64,000 bases of DNA. It comes from a virus (taxonomy: Duplodnaviria > Caudoviricetes). This document shows, piece by piece, positions 11,072 to 20,606 of the stretch. Location of the stretch: the IMG/VR virus record IMGVR_UViG_3300050821_001527, positions 64,001 to 128,000 of that record, one strand, 5' to 3'. Below the pieces are notes generated by a model. That model was not told where the DNA came from. It made no database searches and saw only the letters and a program-made list of their open reading frames with translations. Position 1 is the stretch's first letter, and each line of letters starts with the position of its first letter. A program made the position numbers and the translations under genes.

Positions 11072-14000
11072 ATGCAGTTTGTGTTCACAGGTTTCAGGAG
11101 CGGGGACGTGCTGGATTATGCCCCGGCAAGCGGAGGCGAAAACTCCGGGGTTTTCCGTGGCCTGACCCGAGCAAAGACCGCCCCGACTGGCATAAGCTAC
11201 GGCCTCGTTTTCACGACTTCCCCTCCCGACAGTTCGATTGACATTTTCGATTCCAACTTCACAGGCCCGTATTATCTCTATGGATGGGCGGGCGCGGGAA
11301 GGACTTTTTCGGGCGAATACGTTACCCCGTCCTGTTCCATTTACGAAACCTGCCACGGTATCAGGCAACCCGACAAGCCGTTCAAGAACTTCTACAACGC
11401 CTACTATCGTCATGGATTCTTTGAATCTCCGTGGGGAGCAAATCCGACCCGAACATCGGTATTGTCGAACTTTGGAACGTCCAGAACGCTTACCCAATCC
11501 GATGCCGGGGATGCGATAAATTTCGCAGACGCATTCCAAATCACCGTAGAAGAATACCATCAGTTGAACGGAATCGTTCCTATTAACTGTGGTGGTGGAA
11601 AGTCCCCCGAAAACTGCAATCCACTTATCTCCCCCTTGCAGCACTTTCGCTACTTCTATTACGAATGCCCGAGTGACATTGACGCGAATTGTCCGACCTA
11701 TCAGGAAGCGGAAATCAAATGGGTTCCGGGCAACGGAATTGAATATGCGGGGCCGAGTGGTTATCCTTCCTATATCTTCGGGGGAAGCCTATACAACAAT
11801 TCTCCCATCCCTACCGTATTGGACTTGGATGGAAACTTCTTCATGCAGGATGTGTGCGCCGTGGGAGGCAACATCAACATCTACAATAACAATCTCTGCC
11901 CTGCTCTGGTATTGGAAACGGACACGTCCATACTTAGAGGCAGCAACGACCTAATGGCTACCTTCGTGGCCAACGCCATCGCTGGTTTTGGATTCGCCGG
12001 ACTGGGTGGGAATGGCAAGGGCGGAAACGTTGATGGATATGGAGCGGGAGCGCAAGACCTTGGCAATGAAGACTGGTGGTTCTGGAACTTCGTGTATCAA
12101 GAAAACGCGGACACATTTCCGTTTGATAACAGCCCCGACGAAGGAAGGGTAATCGGCAAGCCTGTCACCAGTAACATAGTCAATTCAGACGGCTCTGTTA
12201 CCGTGGTGACTACTCAGAGAACGGACGGAAATAACCCAACCCCTCAGACCTTTGACTCGTCTATCGCTTGGGAAAGCTGGTATTGGCAGCACCGTCTTTG
12301 CGCGGACTATCCGAAATACCTGCCTTGGACTTTCGGGGCCAACATCTTTGCCTCGCCTGAAACCTACTTTGAAGTTCCGTATTACTCTGCCATTGGTAAA
12401 TATGGATTCTATGGAGTGAGGTTCCTTGAGTCTGCCGGGACGTTAATCAACCCGGATGGAACAGTGAACAGTGGATGCACGACGGGAGACAACGCGAATC
12501 CCTTTGATAACGCGACTGTGGGACTCGGCGGGCCTGAAATTTATAACAGGCTGCTGAAGACTTCCGCCCTACAGAGGAAATACAGCGATTACTACGCCGG
12601 AAATCAAGGATTGTTCTTGGCCCTGAACTACGACTTCCTTACCGGGGACGCGGGATACAACAGGCTACAGAACTTCACAAAGAGCGGAATCAAAGTCCTG
12701 CATGACAAGTTTTGGATTGAATGCAAATACTCCCAGATGGGTGAGCCTTACTTGTTGACGGCTTGGATTAACGACATCCCAACGCTCTACAATGACAACG
12801 GCTATCTTGAAATCAACCCTAATGGCTCTGTCACAGACCCAATCAATAACGTCACCCATACTGGGTATTACAGGTCTGGTGTTCCTGACAGTTATCTATA
12901 TACCAACAATCTGTTCGAGAGTGTGTTCTTTAATCAGGGGGACTTGCCTGCCTTCGACGCCGGTTTCATTGGTAAGTATGGCAACTACATCGTTCGTGAC
13001 ACGCAGGGGAGTCTCAACACCGGAAGCTACAACTTCATGGCGAATGTCCAGAGGAATCTTTCCCATAAGAGAAACTTGGGTAACGAATCCTACGGAACGC
13101 CGGTTGACCTGTATCCAATGGGCAGGATTTATTACGGAATGGACGACCCTTCGGGATATTACAATGCGTTCTGGCTGGTCGCCCCGAACAGCAAGAGTAA
13201 GCCCCCGCAAATCCCAAGAAGATATTTCGAGGGGTATTACGCGTCGAACTCGGGAGTATTCCCTAATCTATCCGCACTCCAAACCTACACTCCGGTTGGG
13301 GAGCCATTGGGATTCAACGCCGGGTTCTACAACAAAATTGGCAATGGGAAAATGCACCCGAAACGCGGTTATGTTCCAGTGGCCTCTGGCAACGGACTTA
13401 CGAATAACAATACACATGTGCATTTGGATTATACAGGCGTTCTGCAAGTTTTGGGCTACCACCAAATCGGGGTTTTAGACCCGAGCTTCTCATGCTTTAA
13501 CCCAATCTTTGTTCAACAGCCAAACGACATTATCTGCAAGGTTGGGCAAACGCCTACGTTCAGGTCGCTCGCGGTTGATTACCACACCTTGCCGGAAGAC
13601 AAAGTTCAGGATGGGCGATGGCCGGAAATCAATTATTGGGCTGACAGACTCAAGCTGACCGATGATAATGGAAAGATTATATCCAAGCTTTCCTATAAGT
13701 GGGGAAGGTTCCCTACTGGGCTATACGCTAATTACAACTTGGGGAATCTGAGCGGAGTGGAATGGTCTAATCCCACGGGCGAATGGTGTAACCTAGAAGG
13801 CGACGGAAGCAATAACTGCACAGTCATCCACCCAAATGAATGCGTCCCGAAACTAACGGGATACAGAACTTCAATCACTCCGGGGCTTCCTAACCAATTC
13901 GCTGAGTTTGTAAAGGGTGCCAAGGTGGGTATTGACGACCAATATTACTACTTCTGCGTAGTCTCGGGCATCTTCGGGGAAAGAAGAAGCGAGCCTGCCC

Positions 14001-15931
14001 GATTGATTATTGATGATACTTTGATTTTGGACGTAGCAGTAAAGAACGGAAGTTCCCAAGGATGGCCGTCAAAGCTTGTGTTCACTTCAATGGATGGAAG
14101 TGGGAACCAGAAGAATATCGCCCTGTCCAGTTACACCGGCCCGTATTATGGATACACGCCGAACACAGATGCCATTCCAGAAACGGCGTTTGCGGAACGC
14201 AGGACTCCAAGTGCCGTGGGATGTCTGCCTAGCTGGTCGCCTTGCTGTGACGACAATAAGAAACGAACGATGGGGATGATTGGATACGATACGTGGAACT
14301 TCACTTGGCAACCACCAGCCATTCAGGATTTGCCGCTTCTGAACACTAACTGGGGTCAGGTCGTCCCTTACGGTGCGTTGGTGACGTTCTCGAAAATTCT
14401 GACTCAGGAAGAAGGAGACGCCATGTATGGTAGAACGGCCCTGCCTAAAGTTTCGGAGGGTCAGTTCTTGGGAGATTATTTCGGTATTCCGTTTGACTTG
14501 TATCTGAATGGCGGCACGAAAGTCAAGCATTGGTCTGTTGAGGAGCCAGCTTGGGCTACAGATAATACCAAGCAAGGCATTCCGTTCAACGCCGGGGACA
14601 TAGTTTCCGCCCTGTATCCCGCGTCAGAAGGAGCGAAGAAGTGGTCGGCGTTCCCAACCAAATCGGCCAGTCAAAATTACGGCAAGGGACAATGGCAGTT
14701 TAGCAATAACCTCGGACTTATCAAGAGGCTTGGATATACAGACCTTGTTGGCAAGGATGATACTTGGGACGGAAAAGACAGCCGTGGCGAGACGCTGATT
14801 ACGTTCTCAAATATCCTAACGGATAAGAATAAACTTCTGGATAACATCAGAACCAGCTTGAAGTCCTATCCGGGCGGAAATGCCGGATGGAGGAAAAGTT
14901 CTTTGGGTAGGCACATGGCATACTTCGTGGAAGGATTTAGCTCGTTCTACATATTCTGCGGAAATAAGAAGAAGGAGTTCGTTACCAACTGGTCTTACAT
15001 CGCGCCGGGGCTGCGAGTCGGCAATGCTGGTTTCCAGTATTCTTGGGTCGGGCAACCGAATAGCTCTTACCTTACGCGCCAAACCATGCCGGGGCCATAC
15101 TCGTTCTTCTGGAAGATGAACAGGCACAACCGCGACAAGAATGGCAACGGAATGCCATTGGGTATGTATGCCTATTCTACAGACGGCCCATACACAATGA
15201 TGTATGACCTTCCTGCGGTCTATGGATTGTATATCCGTAACTTCGACAGGGTGAGTAAGAACGACGCGCTGTTTGAAGAAATTAGAAGCATTAGAACCGA
15301 TGCGGCGGGGGGGCAGCCAAACTACATCAACGCTGGCGCGGCGGTGTGGACACAGAAATTTGAGTTCAATCAGACGACCAATGATGACGGGACTATTAGC
15401 TGGTGCGGCGTTCCGTTCGGGACTTGGAGAAACAGGTGCAGCGGTTTGGCCCCGGCAGACGGAACCGACGCCAGATATTGCCAGTATCCGAATGATGCCA
15501 TAGCTGTGGCGGGTTCTCAGGACTTGGACATTTATGAATGTCCTACTTTGGGGGTAAAGGCTAACGTATGTTTCCCGCCATGCCTAAGCCTTAGATACGA
15601 CCAAGGAATTCTACCGGGTGGAAAGAGTCTCGATTTGTTTGGAAATTTGTCATCGAAATACGGGCCTGATAAGATTGTCTCCGACGCGAGATATAACGGC
15701 TTGGACGCAACGAGGGTTCTTGGGCCAGCACAAACGCCTTGGGCGCAGGCTGTTGAGGGGTTCTTGGCCCCGGACTTGCTGCCGAAGCTGGCTGAATACC
15801 AGTCCATAGACCCGTGCCACGGTGGGGGTTCCGACCATTGCAACTACGTGACTCCTACGGCTTGGATTGGTTCGACGCAAAAGGCTTACTCAAACATGAA
15901 CTATATGTCCGATTTGATTAACGGTTTCTAA
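11072..15931 (+). CDS. Very large virion protein (1619 aa) with Ig-like domain(s)
   Basis: PIFVQQPNDIICKVGQTPTF...YYFCVVSG...SEPARLII is an Ig-fold pattern; Cys-rich segments. Confidence 0.6.
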   Translation: MQFVFTGFRSGDVLDYAPASGGENSGVFRGLTRAKTAPTGISYGLVFTTSPPDSSIDIFDSNFTGPYYLYGWAGAGRTFSGEYVTPSCSIYETCHGIRQPDKPFKNFYNAYYRHGFFESPWGANPTRTSVLSNFGTSRTLTQSDAGDAINFADAFQITVEEYHQLNGIVPINCGGGKSPENCNPLISPLQHFRYFYYECPSDIDANCPTYQEAEIKWVPGNGIEYAGPSGYPSYIFGGSLYNNSPIPTVLDLDGNFFMQDVCAVGGNINIYNNNLCPALVLETDTSILRGSNDLMATFVANAIAGFGFAGLGGNGKGGNVDGYGAGAQDLGNEDWWFWNFVYQENADTFPFDNSPDEGRVIGKPVTSNIVNSDGSVTVVTTQRTDGNNPTPQTFDSSIAWESWYWQHRLCADYPKYLPWTFGANIFASPETYFEVPYYSAIGKYGFYGVRFLESAGTLINPDGTVNSGCTTGDNANPFDNATVGLGGPEIYNRLLKTSALQRKYSDYYAGNQGLFLALNYDFLTGDAGYNRLQNFTKSGIKVLHDKFWIECKYSQMGEPYLLTAWINDIPTLYNDNGYLEINPNGSVTDPINNVTHTGYYRSGVPDSYLYTNNLFESVFFNQGDLPAFDAGFIGKYGNYIVRDTQGSLNTGSYNFMANVQRNLSHKRNLGNESYGTPVDLYPMGRIYYGMDDPSGYYNAFWLVAPNSKSKPPQIPRRYFEGYYASNSGVFPNLSALQTYTPVGEPLGFNAGFYNKIGNGKMHPKRGYVPVASGNGLTNNNTHVHLDYTGVLQVLGYHQIGVLDPSFSCFNPIFVQQPNDIICKVGQTPTFRSLAVDYHTLPEDKVQDGRWPEINYWADRLKLTDDNGKIISKLSYKWGRFPTGLYANYNLGNLSGVEWSNPTGEWCNLEGDGSNNCTVIHPNECVPKLTGYRTSITPGLPNQFAEFVKGAKVGIDDQYYYFCVVSGIFGERRSEPARLIIDDTLILDVAVKNGSSQGWPSKLVFTSMDGSGNQKNIALSSYTGPYYGYTPNTDAIPETAFAERRTPSAVGCLPSWSPCCDDNKKRTMGMIGYDTWNFTWQPPAIQDLPLLNTNWGQVVPYGALVTFSKILTQEEGDAMYGRTALPKVSEGQFLGDYFGIPFDLYLNGGTKVKHWSVEEPAWATDNTKQGIPFNAGDIVSALYPASEGAKKWSAFPTKSASQNYGKGQWQFSNNLGLIKRLGYTDLVGKDDTWDGKDSRGETLITFSNILTDKNKLLDNIRTSLKSYPGGNAGWRKSSLGRHMAYFVEGFSSFYIFCGNKKKEFVTNWSYIAPGLRVGNAGFQYSWVGQPNSSYLTRQTMPGPYSFFWKMNRHNRDKNGNGMPLGMYAYSTDGPYTMMYDLPAVYGLYIRNFDRVSKNDALFEEIRSIRTDAAGGQPNYINAGAAVWTQKFEFNQTTNDDGTISWCGVPFGTWRNRCSGLAPADGTDARYCQYPNDAIAVAGSQDLDIYECPTLGVKANVCFPPCLSLRYDQGILPGGKSLDLFGNLSSKYGPDKIVSDARYNGLDATRVLGPAQTPWAQAVEGFLAPDLLPKLAEYQSIDPCHGGGSDHCNYVTPTAWIGSTQKAYSNMNYMSDLINGF

Positions 15932-15956
15932 ACGAAAAATCTATAATAGAGGGAAA

Positions 15957-18900
15957 ATGTCACAGGAATTCTTAACGATGGTAAACGGCAGCAACGAACC
16001 TTTGGATTCGGCGCTGGCGCAAAGCGTTCGCAAGCTGGCTATGGCTATGGCCAGTCTGGACGCCAAGGGCGACCTGAGAAAGTCCTCCATCATTTCCACG
16101 ACATACAACGGAATCGCCAGCGGATTCAGCGTCACATATTCTGACGAAAGCGCGGTCAGTCTGTTCAACACAAACGTTCTTAGCAAGGCCGATTCTCTAG
16201 TATTCGGCGGATACTTGGGATACGATGGTCTTGTCCATGACACCCTCACTGGCTTTGTAACCGAACTTGGGGGAGACACGAATCCGAATTTTGAATCATT
16301 GTTGAGTGCTGTCAACGCCCTTTTCTGTTCCGCAAGCGTAAACAGGTTGAGCCAGTGGCAAACCAAACAGTTACTCACCGCGACTTTCTCCTATTATGCT
16401 TCCGTATATCCAGAGCAGGCTTCGCAGCTTAATGCCACGGGATTCAGGGACGGCGTAATTTCCCGAATCCTTTCGCAGCCGTATAATCTGGTCTTGAGCG
16501 GCATAGCCTTGAACAGCCCGAAGGACGACGAGGTTGATGTTTACCATTATCCATTCTATGATACGACGGGATTGTTTTCGCAGACCGTTGACTATCAAAT
16601 TATGGGGGATTCCGAAACCCAATACTACTATGTATCCGGGGGAATCATCTATGACAACATGCCGTCCTTGGATAACCCCTGCATAAAACAGGCGGTAACT
16701 GGAGAGGATAATACCGTATTCTATGTCTATACCAATCTGCCTTGCACCGACGATGGAAATTCCGTATATCCGGTCAACAACATTTCTTTCTACAGAAAAT
16801 TCCCAGATGCGCCAAATGTTATTGGCTCAGAGGATTTGTCAGAAGTCTTTGCTGGCTTTAACGTTTCGGCGGCACCAGAACTCTACGACCAAAGAACCGG
16901 CTTATGGTCTGACCCTGCTAGACAATACCTGCTAGGCAGAATCAATGTGGACTTGCCGGTTTACGAATCAATCAATACTATTGAGACGGGTCAAGTCCCT
17001 CAAGCTCCTAACCCTACGGGATATAGTCTCTCTCATATCGGGGGAAATAGCCCGCGATGGAGAATCACCGGATACACGAACGACATGCCGCCACAGCCGC
17101 TTTATGATTTCGTGCCGATGACCGGATTCAAAATCATACCTTTGTCTCTGGACAAGAATGTATGGGGCGCGGATTACGCGAAGCTAAGAACCAATCCTGA
17201 TGTCATTCTCGACAAGCTTCTGATTCGTTCCCTAAGTCTGGTGGACTATTTGGATACTGGGACGGTTGGAGGGCCAGCGGTCAACTCTACCTCTTTCGAG
17301 TTGCCGTGTTTGTATGTTAGCGAGCAGCTATACAACAAGACCATGAGCGGCTTTCAAAGCGGGGACTTCTTCTTTGGGACTTTCCAAAATGGTGGAAGCT
17401 TTGATTCTGCTTTGCGTCCGGTTATTAACGGCATGAAATATACCGGCGTTGGCAATTCCGGGGCTTCCTACGATATTGGGGCTACGGGCAACAAACCTAA
17501 GATTTCATTCATGTGGACTGTCCCGAATACGGGATTAACCGGGGCTAACGCGGCATACGCAAAAAAGTGCCTTGGCATGGGAGACGGCGGGGGTGGTATT
17601 CTTTCGACGGAAAGCGGAGCAACCGGATACAATGCCAGTCATCCATACCAAAGCTTTATAGCCAAGAGTGGGGAATCGGTAATCTCAATGGGAGACTTCT
17701 TTAGGGAATTACTGCCGAATGTCATCGGGGCGAATCAGGGGCCAACGCTAAGATTTATTGATGGTTACACTTCCGTTCTCCCGGCGTCCACGACAAATCT
17801 TTGGGGGTATAGCGAAAGTGGCGACCTAATCTCTTTCCACTATTTTCCGGCTTGGGACGGAGGGGTATTGAGTGGTTGGGAAACGCCATTCCCGCAGTCC
17901 GGGCTATTGACTCCAATTATAGTCGAGCAGGATAGAGAAAATTATCTTCCAAGATATTCCACCGGGCCATTCAGTTCGGAAGCCGTGACATTCCTCTACC
18001 CAAGCGCAAGCGGTGTGAATGAGGATTACCCAACCGGATTTCCTTTGGAGGTTATGGTCAATCTTACTGTATCAGAACAGATTGCCAGAGTATTCCATAA
18101 GTCATCCGTAATTTCGAGGGTCTATGTGGGAGGGGTTCCTGTTCTATCTGATAAATTTGACTTGGTGGATAATGACGTATTTGACAGTTACGGCAATTTC
18201 TCAGAGGCTATGCTATGGGCCACGGAGAACAATCCTAACACGGGATTCCTAGAAGCTCTGCCGCCTCCGAATTCGGCCTACGTTGATAACTACTGGTCTG
18301 ACGCTTCTGCTGTATGGGAACACTTTTACGCGGGTGGCGGTGTATCCGCAATGTATTCGGGGCAATGCAGTCAGCCGGGAAAGACTGGGATACTTGTTAC
18401 AAAGGCTCTCGGACTGAATGGTGTGGTTTCCTTGGGCACATACCCTTCTGGTTTCTACGTTTTTGAATACGTGACCGGATGCTATCAGGCCACCGATAAT
18501 CCTTCAACGCCATTTCAGATACAATCAGCAGACCCGCAATCCGGTTATTTCCTGACATATTCTGATGGGGCGGAAATGCAAAAGTTGCCGCTTGATTCGA
18601 CTTTTCATTCGACTGTTCCGGTTTACTCGAACCAGCACCTATCTATTTTCCATACCGGGGGCGCAATGTTTATCTCGGGCAATTTCCCAAGCACTTATTC
18701 AAATCCTTCTAGGGTCGCCCCTGTGACGATAAGGCTTGAAAAGGATTGCGACTCATGCCTGCAAGTATTCCAAGTCATTTCTCCGAATCAGGTTAGCGGA
18801 GGTGGCTGTAAATACCTTGGTGAATCCCAGAATTTCGCATGTTGCCCAATCGTGAAGACTTATCCGAGCGGAATGCTACAGGCTTATTCTGCTAGGGGAA

Positions 18901-20606
18901 ATTCTGTCCCTTCATTTGTCAAGGGGCTTAGGGAAATCTCTTTGGAAAGAGTCGCGGCGTGTGGTGGTCAATGTTTCGCATTTCACTTCGCTAGGCACCG
19001 TTATTCTGCTGATGGCCCGGACTACTACTCAATCATGCCGGACTTGGACAGGGATTTGCCATTCCACGGGCAGCAGAGCCAGAACGTCAACGTTACGCTG
19101 AAATATACATTACCAGCCACAAGTCTGCGAGACATGAACCTGCACCCTGAATACGCCGACAATGCGTTACAGACATTCTTCTGTGGCAGTTCGGGTTCTC
19201 CGATTTCAGCACTTGCAGGATGCTCTAACCCGATTTACAATAGGTCTGGTGAGTTGATTCAAGATGGGTATGACTTGATTTGGTTGGAGAGGGTCGCTGG
19301 TAATTTGGGGGTGGATGGGCAATATCACTCGCAGGGGCTTTACGGGGACGCTTGGTTCGGCATGACCGGGGGTTATGGACTGGATACTTCCGATTGTGAT
19401 TGCGTCAAGAGAAATCCTTCCGCCGACCAATCGCTCATCGAATTAAATCTGCGCCCCGGTTTTGAGGTTGCCCTGCATACTAGAGCCATGAATTTGACAC
19501 CGGGCTTCTATGCCGTTGAGCCGCAGGACGGGCAGAATTGGTTCTACAACTTCGACCTCACTGGAATCGAACGCGCCCATCGTATCGGAGGAGCTTCATC
19601 CTCAATCTCGGAGGCGATAAAAGCTTTCGTGACTACCGGATTTAGCGAGTATGCCTACGAATCCCCGGATTACATCTGGCCTGCTCCGGGCGATGACTAC
19701 GCAACGATTTGCAGCGGGATGGACTCAAGGGGTAATGCCACCACCAAGGGCGTGAAATACTACTGGCAACAGAAGGTTTTGGAGAATGGGGTGCCTATTA
19801 CGGGCTTCCGTTTCCGCGATAAGGCGAGGCTCAACTTCAAAATAAATTCAATAAAATTCAATAAATATGGAAGTCAGCCCATAGACTATGAGCAAAACAT
19901 CCAACTGACCGGCCAATGCAGGATTTCCGGGGAGTTCGGATACGACAGTCAGGCCGAGTCTGCTGTATTCTCGGAGGGCATTTTCCTCAAAGACGTATCC
20001 AAGAACGCTCCATTAGCCTCATTCTATGCCCCTAGCTTCGCTTCTGACGTGCTTTTGAGGCTTCCGCTAGTGGAATCAGGCTCCCCTACCTCTCCGATTC
20101 AACCTGCGCCATCCAAGTGCGTTACGAGGGTGAACGTGCCCCACATCAGCAACAGGGGCAATATCTACGCCCCTCACTTGACACAAGGCCCATTTTACTA
20201 CAACCGTTACGTGGTTCCGGCCATGAGCGACCTATCGGTGTTGAACGAGGGCAACGATTTCGCCGGGTTTGAGCAAGTTCTTGCCAACGACGGCACCATA
20301 TTCCCCAACTCCGTGTTCCTGTTGAGCGCATCCATTTCTCAACATACCGGAACTCCTTATGAGCCATTTATGAGGATTCCGAATGCTCCGAAGATTTACT
20401 ACTTGGAAGACATGAGGCAGTTCTATGATTCATCCGTAACCGACGCCATTCTGAACAGTGGGTGGTTCGTAACGACTGGTAGGGGGCCGAAAGTCACGCT
20501 GAATCAATCCGACGCATCGGGATTCATGGGGCCGTTAAACGCATCCTACAATCTCTGGCAGTTGGGCATATACGACGTGGCCGAATACACGGGTTATTCC
20601 TCCTGA
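15957..20606 (+). CDS. Very large virion protein (1549 aa)
   Basis: Long S/T-G rich ORF co-oriented with 11072..15931. Confidence 0.55.
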   Translation: MSQEFLTMVNGSNEPLDSALAQSVRKLAMAMASLDAKGDLRKSSIISTTYNGIASGFSVTYSDESAVSLFNTNVLSKADSLVFGGYLGYDGLVHDTLTGFVTELGGDTNPNFESLLSAVNALFCSASVNRLSQWQTKQLLTATFSYYASVYPEQASQLNATGFRDGVISRILSQPYNLVLSGIALNSPKDDEVDVYHYPFYDTTGLFSQTVDYQIMGDSETQYYYVSGGIIYDNMPSLDNPCIKQAVTGEDNTVFYVYTNLPCTDDGNSVYPVNNISFYRKFPDAPNVIGSEDLSEVFAGFNVSAAPELYDQRTGLWSDPARQYLLGRINVDLPVYESINTIETGQVPQAPNPTGYSLSHIGGNSPRWRITGYTNDMPPQPLYDFVPMTGFKIIPLSLDKNVWGADYAKLRTNPDVILDKLLIRSLSLVDYLDTGTVGGPAVNSTSFELPCLYVSEQLYNKTMSGFQSGDFFFGTFQNGGSFDSALRPVINGMKYTGVGNSGASYDIGATGNKPKISFMWTVPNTGLTGANAAYAKKCLGMGDGGGGILSTESGATGYNASHPYQSFIAKSGESVISMGDFFRELLPNVIGANQGPTLRFIDGYTSVLPASTTNLWGYSESGDLISFHYFPAWDGGVLSGWETPFPQSGLLTPIIVEQDRENYLPRYSTGPFSSEAVTFLYPSASGVNEDYPTGFPLEVMVNLTVSEQIARVFHKSSVISRVYVGGVPVLSDKFDLVDNDVFDSYGNFSEAMLWATENNPNTGFLEALPPPNSAYVDNYWSDASAVWEHFYAGGGVSAMYSGQCSQPGKTGILVTKALGLNGVVSLGTYPSGFYVFEYVTGCYQATDNPSTPFQIQSADPQSGYFLTYSDGAEMQKLPLDSTFHSTVPVYSNQHLSIFHTGGAMFISGNFPSTYSNPSRVAPVTIRLEKDCDSCLQVFQVISPNQVSGGGCKYLGESQNFACCPIVKTYPSGMLQAYSARGNSVPSFVKGLREISLERVAACGGQCFAFHFARHRYSADGPDYYSIMPDLDRDLPFHGQQSQNVNVTLKYTLPATSLRDMNLHPEYADNALQTFFCGSSGSPISALAGCSNPIYNRSGELIQDGYDLIWLERVAGNLGVDGQYHSQGLYGDAWFGMTGGYGLDTSDCDCVKRNPSADQSLIELNLRPGFEVALHTRAMNLTPGFYAVEPQDGQNWFYNFDLTGIERAHRIGGASSSISEAIKAFVTTGFSEYAYESPDYIWPAPGDDYATICSGMDSRGNATTKGVKYYWQQKVLENGVPITGFRFRDKARLNFKINSIKFNKYGSQPIDYEQNIQLTGQCRISGEFGYDSQAESAVFSEGIFLKDVSKNAPLASFYAPSFASDVLLRLPLVESGSPTSPIQPAPSKCVTRVNVPHISNRGNIYAPHLTQGPFYYNRYVVPAMSDLSVLNEGNDFAGFEQVLANDGTIFPNSVFLLSASISQHTGTPYEPFMRIPNAPKIYYLEDMRQFYDSSVTDAILNSGWFVTTGRGPKVTLNQSDASGFMGPLNASYNLWQLGIYDVAEYTGYSS

